Translations under genes and position numbers: made by a program
Assembly: GCA_964016885.1 (NCBI GenBank)
Contig: OZ024752.1
Coordinates: forward strand, 29,326,001 to 29,390,000
Source of the DNA: Eledone cirrhosa
Taxonomy: Eukaryota
Reading direction: 5' to 3'
DNA: 64,000 nt
Shown here: positions 30,040 to 43,200 of the stretch, in pieces
Numbering within the stretch: the first letter of the stretch is position 1
How the letters are laid out: each line of letters opens with the position of its first letter
Notes under the pieces: model-generated
What the model saw: the letters and a program-made list of their open reading frames with translations, nothing else
Told to the model about the DNA's origin: nothing
The model's database searches: none

Positions 30040-31713
30040 ATCATGTCACCAGCACTACAGTAGGTAGAGTTTATCATGTCACCAGCACTAGAGAGGTAGA
30101 GTTTATCATGTCACCAGCACTAGAGAGGTAGAGTTTATCATGTCACCACCACTACAGTACGTAGAGTTTATCATGTCACCAGCACTAGAGAGGTAGAGTT
30201 TATCATGAAACCAGCACTACAGTAGGTAGTGTTTATCATGACACCAGCAGTACAGTAGGTAGTGTTTATCATGTCACCAGTACTAGAGAGGTAGAGTTTA
30301 TCATGTCACCAGCACTAGAGAGGTAGAGTTTATCATGTCACCAGCACTACAGTAGGTAGAGTTTATCATGACACCAGCACTAGAGAGGTAGAGTTTATCA
30401 TGTCACCAGCACTAGAGAGGTAGAGTTTATCATGACCCCAGCAGTACAGTAGGTAGAGTTTATCATGACACCAGCACTACAGAGGTAGAATTTATCATGT
30501 CACCAGCACTACAGTAGGTAGTGTTTATCATGACACCAGCACTACAGTAGTTAGTTTATCATGTCACCAGCACTAGAGAGGTAGAGCTTATCATGTCACC
30601 AGCGCGAGACAGGTAGAGTTTATCATGTCACCAGCACTACAGTAGGTATAGTTTATCATGACACCAGCACTAGAGAGGTCGAGTGTATCATGTCACCAGT
30701 ACTACAGTAGGTAGTTTATCATGTCACCAGCAGTAGAGGTAGAGTTTATCATGTCACCAGCACTAGAGAAGTAGAGTTTATCATGTCACCAGCACTACAG
30801 TAGGTAGAGTTTATCATGTCACCAGCACTAGAGAGGTAGAGTTTATCATGACACCAGCACTAGAGAGGTAGAGTTTATCATGTCACCAGCACTACAGTAG
30901 GTAGAGTTTACCATGTCACCAGCACTAGAGAGGTAGAGTTTATCATGTCACCAGCACTAGAGAGGTAGAGTATATCATGTCACCACCACTACAGTACGTA
31001 GAGTTTATCATGTCACCAGCACTAGAGAGGTAGAGTTTATCATGAAACCAGCACTACAGTAGGTAGTGTTTATCATGACACCAGCAGTACAGTAGGTAGT
31101 GTTTATCATGTCACCAGTACTAGAGAGGTAGAGTTTATCATGTCACCAGCACTAGAGAGGTAGAGTTTATCATGTCACCAGCACTACAGTAGGTAGAGTT
31201 TATCATGACACCAGCACTAGAGAGGTAGAGTTTATCATGTCACCAGCACTAGAGAGGTAGAGTTTATCATGACCCCAGCAGTACAGTAGGTAGAGTTTAT
31301 CATGACACCAGCACTACAGAGGTAGAATTTATCATGTCACCAGCACTACAGTAGGTAGTGTTTATCATGACACCAGCACTACAGTAGTTAGTTTATCATG
31401 TCACCAGCACTAGAGAGGTAGAGCTTATCATGTCACCAGCGCGAGACAGGTAGAGTTTATCATGTCACCAGCACTACAGTAGGTATAGTTTATCATGACA
31501 CCAGCACTAGAGAGGTCGAGTGTATCATGTCACCAGTACTACAGTAGGTAGTTTATCATGTCACCAGCAGTAGAGGTAGAGTTTATCATGTCACCAGCAC
31601 TAGAGAAGTAGAGTTTATCATGTCACCAGCACTACAGTAGGTAGAGTTTATCATGTCACCAGCACTAGAGAGGTAGAGTTTATCATGACACCAGCACTAG
31701 AGAGGTAGAGTTT
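30040..31713 (+). repeat. Tandem duplication of an 837-bp (about 26-monomer) block
   Basis: CACCACCACTACAGTACG at 30144/30981, ACTACAGTAGTTAG at 30541/31378, AGCGCGAGAC at 30601/31438. Confidence 0.92.
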
Positions 31714-34700
31714 ATCATGACACCAGTACTACAGTAGGTAGAGTTTATCATGTCACCAGCACTAGAGAGGTAGAGTTTATCATGACACCAGCACTAGAGA
31801 GGTAGAGTTTATCATGACACCAGCAGTACAGTAGGTAGAGTTTATCATGTCACCAGCACTACAGTAGGTAGTTTATCATGTCACCAGCACTAGAGAGGTA
31901 GAGTTTATCATGACACCAGCAGTACAGTAGGTAGAGTTTATCATGACACCAGCACTAGGGAGGTAGAGTTTATCATGTCACCAGCACTACAGTAGCTAGA
32001 GTTTATCATGTCACCAGCACTAGAGAGGTTGAGTTTATCATGTCACCAGCACTACAGTACGTAGAGTTTATCATGTCACCAGCACTAGAGAGGTAGAGTT
32101 TATCATGTCACCAGCACTAGAGACGTAGAGTTTATCATGAAACCAGCACTAGAGAGGTAGAGTTTATCATGACAACAGCACTAGAGAGGTAGAGTTTATC
32201 ATGTCACCAGCACTACAGTAGGTAGTGTTTACCATGACACCAGCAGTACAGTAGGTAGAGTTTATAATGTGACCAGCACTAGAGAGGTAGAGTTTATCAT
32301 GCCACCAGCACTACAGTAGGTAGAGTTTATCATGTCACCAGCACTAGAGAGGTAGAGTTTATCATGCCACCAGCACTACAGTAGGTAGAGTTTATCATGT
32401 CACCAGCACTAGAGAGGTAGAGTTTATCATGTCACCAGCACTACAGTACGTAGAGTTTATCATGTCACCAGCACTAGAGAGGTAGAGTTTATCATGACAC
32501 CGGCAGTACAGTAGGTAGAGTTTATCATGACACCAGCACTACAGAGGTAGAGTTTATCATGTCACCAGCACTAGAGAGGTAGAGATTATCATGTCACCAG
32601 CACTAGAGAGGTAGAGTTTATCATGTCACCAGCACTACAGTAGGTAGTGTTTATCATGACACCAGCACTACAGTAGGTAGTTTATCATGTCACCAGCACT
32701 AGAGAGGTAGAGCTTATCATTTCACCAGCAGTACAGAGGTAGAGTTTATCATGACACCAGCACTACAGTACGTAGAGTTTATCATGTCACCAGCACTAGA
32801 GAGGTAGAGTTTATCATGTCACCAGCACTAGAGAGGTAGAGTTTATCATGTCACCAGCACTAGACAGGTAGAGTTTTTCATGTCACCAGCACTAGAGAGG
32901 TAGAGTTTATCATGTCACCAGCACTACAGTAGGTAGAGTTTATCATGTCACCAGCACTAGAGAGGTAGAGTTTATCATGTCACCAGCACTACAGTAGGTG
33001 GAGTTTATCATGTCACCAGCACTAGAGAGGTAGAGTTTATCATGTCACCAGCAGTACAGTAGGTAGTTTATAATGTCACCAGCACTAGAGAGGTAGAGCT
33101 TATCATGACACCAGCACTACAGTAGGTAGTGTTTATCATGTTACCAGCACTACAGTAGGTAGTGTTTATCATGTCACCAGCACAAGAGAGGTAGAGTTTA
33201 TCATGTCACCAGCACTAGAGAGGTAGAGTTTATCATGTCACCAGCACTACAGTAGGTAGAGTTTATCATGTCACCAGCACTAGAGAGGTAGAGTTTATCA
33301 TGAACCCAGCAGTACAGTAGGTAGAGTTTATCATGACACCAGCACTACAGAGGTAGAGCTTATCAGGTCACCAGCACTAGAGAGGTACATTTTATCATGT
33401 CACCAGCACTAGAGAGGCAGAGTTTATCATGTCACCAGCACTACAGTAGGTAGTGTTTATCATGACACCAGCACTACAGTAGGTAGTTTATCATGTCACC
33501 AGCACTAGAGAGGTAGAGCTTATCATGTCACCAGTACGAGAGAGGTAGAGTTTATCATGTCACCAGCACTACAGTAGGTAGAGTTTATCATGACACCAGC
33601 ACTAGAGAGGTCGAGTGTATCATGTCACCAGCACTACAGTAGGTAGTTTATCATGACACCAGCACTAGAGAGGTAGTGTTTATCATGTCACCAGCACTAG
33701 AGAGGTAGAGTTTATCATGACACCAGCAGTACAGTAGGTAGAGTTTATCATGTCACCAGCACTACAGTAGGTAGTTTATCATGTCACCAGCACTAGAGAG
33801 GTAGAGTTTATCATGACAGCAGCAGTACAGTAGGTAGAGTTTATCATGACACCAGCACTAGGGAGGTAGAGTTTATCATGTCACCAGCACTACAGTAGCT
33901 AGAGTTTATCATGTCACCAGCACTAGAGAGGTTGAGTTTATCATGTCACCAGCACTACAGTACGTAGAGTTTATCATGTCACCAGCACTAGAGAGGTAGA
34001 GTTTATCATGTCACCAGCACTAGAGACGTAGAGTTTATCATGAATCCAGCACTAGAGAGGTAGAGTTCATCATGACACCAGCAGTACAGTAGGTAGAATT
34101 TATCATGTCACCAGCACAACAGTAGGAAGTTTATCATGTCACCAGCACTAGAGAGGTAGAGTTTATCATGTCACCAGCACTACAGTAGGTAGAGTTTATC
34201 ATGTCACCAGCACTAGAGAGGTAGAGTTTATCATGTCACCAGCACTAGAGAGGTAGAGTTTATCATGACCCCAGCAGTACAGTAGGTAGAGTTTATCATG
34301 ACACCAGCACTACAGAGGTAGAGTTTATCATGTCACCAGCACTACAGTAGGTAGTGTTTATCATGACACCAGCACTACAGTAGGTAGTTTATCATGTCAC
34401 CAGCACTAGAGAGGTAGAGCTTATCATGTCACCAGCACGAGACAGGTAGAGTTTATCATGTCACCAGCACTACAGTAGGTATAGTTTATCATGACACCAG
34501 CACTAGAGAGGTCGAGTGTATCATGTCACCAGTACTACAGTAGGTAGTTTATCATGTCACCAGCAGTAGAGGTAGAGTTTATCATGTCACCAGCACTAGA
34601 GAAGTAGAGTTTATCATGTCACCAGCACTACAGTAGGTAGAGTTTATCATGTCACCAGCACTAGAGAGGTAGAGTTTATCATGACACCAGCACTAGAGAG

Positions 34701-36615
34701 GTAGAGTTTATCATGACACCAGTACTACAGTAGGTAGAGTTTATCATGTCACCAGCACTAGAGAGGTAGAGTTTATCATGACACCAGCACTAGAGAGGTA
34801 GAGTTTATCATGACACCAGCAGTACAGTAGGTAGAGTTTATCATGTCACCAGCACTACAGTAGGTAGTTTATCATGTCACCAGCACTAGAGAGGTAGAGT
34901 TTATCATGACACCAGCAGTACAGTAGGTAGAGTTTATCATGACACCAGCACTAGGGAGGTAGAGTTTATCATGTCACCAGCACTACAGTAGCTAGAGTTT
35001 ATCATGTCACCAGCACTAGAGAGGTTGAGTTTATCATGTCACCAGCACTACAGTACGTAGAGTTTATCATGTCACCAGCACTAAAGAGGTAGAGTTTATC
35101 ATGTCACCAGCACTAGAGACGTAGAGTTTATCATGAAACCAGCACTAGAGAGGTAGAGTTTATCATGACAACAGCACTAGAGAGGTAGAGTTTATCATGT
35201 CACCAGCACTACAGTAGGTAGTGTTTACCATGACACCAGCAGTACAGTAGGTAGAGTTTATAATGTCACCAGCACTAGAGAGGTAGAGTTTATCATGCCA
35301 CCAGCACTACAGTAGGTAGAGTTTATCATGTCACCAGCACTAGAGAGGTAGAGTTTATCATGCCACCAGCACTACAGTAGGTAGAGTTTATCATGTCACC
35401 AGCACTAGAGAGGTAGAGTTTATCATGTCACCAGCACTACAGTACGTAGAGTTTATCATGTCACCAGCACTAGAGAGGTAGAGTTTATCATGACACCGGC
35501 AGTACAGTAGGTAGAGTTTATCATGACACCAGCACTACAGAGGTAGAGTTTATCATGTCACCAGCACTAGAGAGGTAGAGTTTATCATGTCACCAGCACT
35601 AGAGAGGTAGAGTTTATCATGTCACCAGCACTACAGTAGGTAGTGTTTATCATGACACCAGCACTACAGTAGGTAGTTTATCATGTCACCAGCACTAGAG
35701 AGGTAGAGCTTATCATTTCACCAGCAGTACAGAGGTAGAGTTTATCATGACACCAGCACTACAGTACGTAGAGTTTATCATGTCACCAGCACTAGAGAGG
35801 TAGAGTTTATCATGTCACCAGCACTAGAGAGGTAGAGTTTATCATGTCACCAGCACTAGACAGGTAGAGCTTTTCATGTCACCAGCACTAGAGAGGTAGA
35901 GTTTATCATGTCACCAGCACTACAGTAGGTAGAGTTTATCATGTCACCAGCACTAGAGAGGTAGAGTTTATCATGTCACCAGCACTACAGTAGGTGGAGT
36001 TTATCATGTCACCAGCACTAGAGAGGTAGAGTTTATCATGTCACCAGCAGTACAGTAGGTAGTTTATAATGTCACCAGCACTAGAGAGGTAGAGCTTATC
36101 ATGACACCAGCACTACAGTAGGTAGTGTTTATCATGTCACCAGCACAAGAGAGGTAGAGTTTATCATGTCACCAGCACTAGAGAGGTAGAGTTTATCATG
36201 TCACCAGCACTACAGTAGGTAGAGTTTATCATGTCACCAGCACTAGAGAGGTAGAGTTTATCATGAACCCAGCAGTACAGTAGGTAGAGTTTATCATGAC
36301 ACCAGCACTACAGAGGTAGAGCTTATCAGGTCACCAGCACTAGAGAGGTACATTTTATCATGTCACCAGCACTAGAGAGGCAGAGTTTATCATGTCACCA
36401 GCACTACAGTAGGTAGTGTTTATCATGACACCAGCACTACAGTAGGTAGTTTATCATGTCACCAGCACTAGAGAGGTAGAGCTTATCATGTCACCAGTAC
36501 GAGAGAGGTAGAGTTTATCATGTCACCAGCACTACAGTAGGTAGAGTTTATCATGACACCAGCACTAGAGAGGTCGAGTGTATCATGTCACCAGCACTAC
36601 AGTAGGTAGTTTATC
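31210..36615 (+). repeat. Block duplication, offset 2996 bp then 2963 bp (about 31210-33655 vs 34206-36615)
   Basis: GACCCC at 31271/34267, TACAGTAGCT at 31988/34984, CGGCAGTACA at 32501/35497. After loss of one 33-bp monomer near 36130, TATCAGGTCA is at 33361/36324. Confidence 0.9.
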
Positions 36616-39600
36616 ATATCACCAGCACTAGAGGTAGAGTTTATCATGTCACCAGCACTAGAGAGGTAGAGTTTATCATGTCACCAGCACTACAGTAGGT
36701 AGAGTTTATCATGTCACCAGCACTAGAGAGGTAGAGTTTATCATGTCACCAATACTAGAGAGGTAGAGTTTATCATGACACCAGCACCAGAGAGGTAGTG
36801 TTTATCATGTCACCAGCACTACAGTAGGTAGTGTTTATCATGTCACCAGCACTAGAGAGGTAGAGTTTATCATGTCACCAGCACTAGAGAGGTAGTGTTT
36901 ATCATGTCTCCAGCACTACAGTAGGTAGTGTTTATCATGACACCAGCACTAGAGAGGTAGACTTTATCATGTCACCAGCACTAGAGAGGTAGACTTTATC
37001 ATGTCACCAGCACTACAGTAGGTAGAGTTTATCATGTCACCAGCACTAGAGAGGTAGAGTTTATCATGTCACCAGCACTACAGTAGGTAGTGTTTATCAT
37101 GTCACAAGCACTAGGGAGGTAGAGTTTATCATGTCACCAGCACTACAGTAGGTAGATTTTATCATGTCACCAGCACTAGAGAGGTTGAGTTTATCATGTC
37201 ACAAGCACTAGAGAGGTAGAGTTTATCATGTCACCAGCAGTACATTAGGTAGTTTATCATGTCACCAGCACTACAGTAGGTAGTGTTTATCATGACACCA
37301 GCAGTACAGTAGGTAGTGTTTATCATGTCACCAGCACTAGAGAGGTAGAGTTTATCATGACACCAGCACTACAGTAGGTAGAGTTTATCATGTCACCAGC
37401 AGTACAGTAGGTAGAGTTTATCATGTCACCAGCAGTACAGTAGGTAGAGTTTATCATGTCACCAGCAGTACAGTAGGTAGAGTTTATCATGTCACCAGTA
37501 CTAGAGAGGTAGAGATTATCATGTCACCAGCACTACAGTACGTAGAGTTTATCATGACACCAGCACTAGAGAGGTAGAGTTTATCATGTCACCAGCACTA
37601 GAGAGGTAGAGATTATCATGTCACCAGCACTACAGTACGTAGTGTTTATAATGTCACCAGCACTAGAGAGGTAGAATTTATCATGTCACCAGCACTAGAG
37701 AGGTAGAGTTTATCATGTCACCTGCACTAGAGAGGTAGAGTTTATCAAGTCACCAATACTAGAGAGGTAAAGTTTATCATGACACCAGCACTACAGTAGG
37801 TAGTGTTTATCATGACACCAGCACTAGAGAGGTAGAGTTTATCATGTCACCAGCACTACAGTAGGTAGAGTTTATCATGTCACCAGCACTAGAGAGGTAG
37901 AGTTTATCATGTCACCAGTACTAGAGAGGTAGAGATTATCATGTCACCAGCACTACAGTACGTACAGTTTATAATGTCACCAGCACTAGAGAGGTAGAGT
38001 TTATCATGTCACCAGTACTAGAGAGGTAGAGATTATCATGTCACCAGCACAACAGTACATAGAGTTTATAATGTCACCAGCACTAGAGAGGTAGAGTTTA
38101 TCATGTCACCAGCACTAGAGAGGTAGAGTTTATCATGTCACCAGCACTAGAGAGGTATAGTTTATCATGTCACCATCAGTACAGTAGGTAGTTTATAATG
38201 TCACCAGCACTAGAGAGGTAGAGTTTATCATGACACCAGCACTACAGTACGTAGAGTTTATAATGTCACCAGCACTAGAGAGGTAGAGTTTATCATGACA
38301 CCAACAGTACAGTAGGTAGAGTTGATCATGACACCAGCAGTACAGTAGGTAGAGTTTATCATGTCACCAGCACTAGAGAGGTAGAGTTTATCATGACACC
38401 AGCACTAGAAAGGTAGAGTTTATCATGTCACCAGTACTACAGTAGGTAGTGTTTATCATGTCACCAGCACTAGAGAGGTAGAGTTTATCATGTCACGAAC
38501 ACTACAGTAGGTAGTGTTTATCATGACACCAGCACTAGAGAGGTAGAATTTATCATGTCACCAGCAGTAGAGTGGTAGAGTTTATCATGTCACCAGCACT
38601 AGAGAGGTAGAGTTTATCATGACACCAGCACTAGAGAGGTAGTGTTTATCATGTCACCAGCACTACAGTAGGTAGTGTTTATCATGTCACCAGCACTAGA
38701 GAGGTAGAGTTTATCATGTCACCAACACTAGAGAGGTAGTGTTTATCATGTCACCAGCACTACAGTAGGTAGTGTTTATCATGACACCAGCACTAGAGAG
38801 GTAGAGTTTATCATGACACCAGCACTACAGTAGGTAGTGTTTATCATGTCACCAGCACTAGAGAGGTAGATTTTATCATGTCACCAGCACTACAGTAGGT
38901 AGTGTTTATCATGACACCAGCACTACAGTAGGTAGTTTATCATGTCACTAGCACTAGAGAGGTAGAGCTTATCATGTCACCAGTACGAGAGAGGTAGAGT
39001 TTATCATGTCACCAGCACTACAGTAGGTAGTTTATCATATCACCAGCACTAGAGGTAGAGTTTATCATGTCACCAGCACTAGAGAGGTCGAGTGTATCAT
39101 GTCACCAGCACTACAGTAGGTAGTTTATCATATCACCAGCACTAGAGGTAGAGTTTATCATGTCACCAGCACTAGAGAGGTAGAGTTTATCATGACACCA
39201 GCACTAGAGAGGTCGAGTGTATCATGTCACCAGCACTACAGTAGGTAGTTTATCATATCACCAGCACTAGAGGTAGAGTTTATCATGTCACCAGCACTAG
39301 AGAGGTAGAGTTTATCATGTCACCAGCACTACAGTAGGTAGAGTTTATCATGTCACCAGCACTAGAGAGGTAGAGTTTATCATGTCACCAATACTAGAGA
39401 GGTAGAGTTTATCATGACACCAGCACTAGAGAGGTAGTGTTTATCATGTCACCAGCACTATAGTAGGTAGTGTTTATCATGTCACCAGCACTAGAGAGGT
39501 AGAGTTTATCATGTCACCAGCACTAGAGAGGTAGTGTTTATCATGTCACCAGCACTACAGTAGGTAGTGTTTATCATGACACCAGCACTAGAGAGGTAGA

Positions 39601-40249
39601 GTTTATCATGTCACCAGCACTAGAGAGGTAGACTTTATCATGTCACCAGCACTACAGTAGGTAGAATTTATCATGTCACCAGCACTAGAGAGGTAGAGTT
39701 TATCATGTCACCAGCACTACAGTACGTAGAGTTTATCATGTCAACAGCACTAGAGAGGTAGAGTTTATCATGACACCAGCAGTACAGTAGGTAGAGTTTA
39801 TCATGACACCAGCACTAGAGAGGTAGAGTTTATCATGTCACCAGCACTAGAGAGGTAGAGTTTATCATGTCACCAGCACTACAGTAGGTAGAGTTTATCA
39901 TGTCACCAGCACTACAGTACGTAGAGTTTATCATGACACCAGCACTACAGTAGGTAGTGTTTATCATGTCACCAGCACTAGGGAGGTAGAGTTTATCATG
40001 TCACCAGCACTACAGTAGGTAGAGTTTATCATGTCACCAGCACTAGAGAGGTTGAGTTTATCATGTCACAAGCACTAGAGAGGTAGAGTTTATCATGTCA
40101 CCAGCAGTACAGTAGGTAGTGTTTATCATGTCACCAGCACTAGAGAGGTAGAGTTTATCATGACACCAGCACTACAGTAGGTAGTGTTTATCATGACACC
40201 AGCAGTACAGTAGGTAGTGTTTATCATGTCACCAGCACTAGAGAGGTAG

Positions 40250-43200
40250 AGTTTATCATGACACCAGCACTACAGTAGGTAGAGTTTATCATGTCACCAG
40301 CAGTACAGTAGGTAGAGTTTATCATGTCACCAGCAGTACAGTAGGTAGAGTTTATCATGTCACCAGCAGTACAGTAGGTAGAGTTTATCATGTCACCAGT
40401 ACTAGAGAGGTAGAGATTATCATGTCACCAGCACTACAGTACGTAGAGTTTATCATTACACCAGCACTAGAGAGGTAGAGTTTATCATGTCACCAGCACT
40501 AGAGAGGTAGAGATTATCATGTCACAAGCACTACAGTACGTAGAGTTTATAATGTCACCAGCACTAGAGAGGTAGAGTTTATCATGTCACCAGCACTAGA
40601 GAGGTAGAGTTTATCATGTCACCTGCACTAGAGAGGTAGAGTTTATCATGTCACTAATACTAGAGAGGTAAAGCTTATCATGACACCAGCACTACAGTAG
40701 GTAGTGTTTATCATGACACCAGCACTAGAGAGGTAGAGTTTATCATGTCACCAGCACTACAGTAGGTAGAGTTTATCATGTCACCAGCACTAGAGAGGTA
40801 GAGTTTATCATGTCACCAGTACTAGAGAGGTAGAGATTATCATGTCACCAGCACTACAGTACGTAGAGTTTATAATGTCACCAGCACTAGAGAGGTAGAG
40901 TTTATCATGTCACCAGTATGAGAGAGGTAGAGATTATCATGTCACGAGCACTACAGTACGTAGAGTTTATAATGTCACCAGCACTAGAGAGGTAGAGTTT
41001 ATCATGTCACCAGCACTAGAGAGGTAGAGTTTATCATGTCACCAGCACTAGACGGGTAGAGTTTATCATGTCACCAGCACTAGACAGGTAGAGTTTATCA
41101 TGTCACCAGCACTAGAGAGGTAGAGTTTATCATGTCACCAGCAGTACAGTAGGTAGTTTATAATGTCACCAGCACTAGAGAGGTAGAGTTTATCATGACA
41201 CCAGCACTACAGTACGTAGAGTTTATAATGTCACCAGCACTAGAGAGGTAGAGTTTATCATGACACCAACAGTACAGTAGGTAGAGTTTATCATGACACC
41301 AGCAGTACAGTAGGTAGAGTTTATCATGTCACCAGCACTAGAGAGGTAGAGTTTATCATGACACCAGCACTAGAAAGGTAGAGTTTATCATGTCACCAGT
41401 ACTACAGTAGGTAGTGTTTATCATGTCACCAGCACTAGAGAGGTAGAGTTTATCATGTCACGAACACTACAGTAGGTAGTGTTTATCATGACACCAGCAC
41501 TAGAGAGGTAGAGTTTATCATGTCACCAGCAGTAGAGTGGTAGAGTTTATCATGTCACCAGCACTAGAGAGGTAGAGTTTATCATGACACCAGCACTAGA
41601 GAGGTAGTGTTTATCATGTCACCAGCACTACAGTAGGTAGTGTTTATCATGTCACCAGCACTAGAGAGGTAGAGTTTATCATGTCACCAACACTAGAGAG
41701 GTAGTGTTTATCATGTCACCAGCACTACAGTAGGTAGTGTTTATCATGACACCAGCACTACAGAGGTAGAGTTTATCATGACACCAGCACTACAGTAGGT
41801 AGTGTTTATCATGTCACCAGCACTAGAGAGGTAGAGTTTATCATGACACCAGCACTAGAGAGGTAGAGTTTATCATGTCACCAGCACTAGAGAGGTAGAG
41901 TTTATCATGACACCAACAGTACAGTGGGTAGAGTTTATCATGACACCAGCAGTACAGTAGGTAGAGTTTATCACGTGACAAGCACTAGAGAGGTAGAGTT
42001 TATCATAACACCAGCAGTACAGTAGGTAGAGTTGATCATGTCACCAGTACTACAGTAGGTAGTGTTTATCATGTCACCAGCACTAGAGAGGTAGAGTTTA
42101 TCATGACACGAGCACTACAGTAGGTAGTTTATCATGTCACCAGCACTAGAGATAGAGTTTATCATGTCACCAGCACTAGAGAGGTAGAGTGTATCATGTC
42201 ACCAGCACTACAGTAGGTAGTTTATCATGTCACCAGCACTAGAGATAGAGTTTATCATGTCACCAGCACTAGAGAGGTAGAGTTTATCATGTCACCAGCA
42301 CTATAGTAGGTAGAGTTTATCATGTCACCAGCACTAGAGAGGTTGAGTTTATCATGTCACCAATACTAGAGAGGTAGAGTTTATCATGACACCAGCACTA
42401 GAGAGGTAGTGTTTATCATGTCACCAGCACTACAGTAGGTAGTGTTTATCATGACACCAGCACTAGAGAGGTAGAGTTTATCATGTCACCAGCACTAGAG
42501 AGGTAGAGTTTATCATGTCACCAGCACTAGAGAGGTAGAGTTTATCATGTCACCAGCACTAGAAAGGTAGAGTTTATCATGACACCAGCACTAGAGAGGT
42601 AGAGTTTATCATGACACCAACAGTACAGTAAGTAGAGTTTATCATGACACCAGCAGTACAGTAGGTAGAGTTTATCATGACACAAGCACTAGAAAGGTAG
42701 AGTTTATCATGTCACCAGTACTAAAGTAGGTAGTGTTTATCATGTCACCAGCACTAGAGAGGTAGAGTTTATCATGTCACGAGCACTACAGTAGGTAGTG
42801 TTTATCATGACACCAGCACTAGAGAGGTAGAGTTTATCATGTCACCAGCACTAGAATGGAAGAGTTTATCATGTCACCAGCACTAGAGAGGTAGAGTTTA
42901 TCATGACACAGCACTAGAGAGGTAGAGTTTATCATGACACCAGCACTACAGTAGGTAGAGTTTATCATGACACCAGCACTACAGTAGGTAGAGTTTCTCA
43001 TGTCACCAGCACTACAGTAGGTAGTTTATCATGTCACCAGCACTAGAGAGGTAGAGTTTATCATGAAACCAGCACTACAGTAGGTAGTGTTTATCATGAC
43101 ACCAGCAGTACAGTAGGTAGTGTTTATCATGTCACCAGCACTACAGTCGGTAGAGTTTATCATGTCACCAGCACTAGAGAGGTAGAGTTTATCATGTCAC

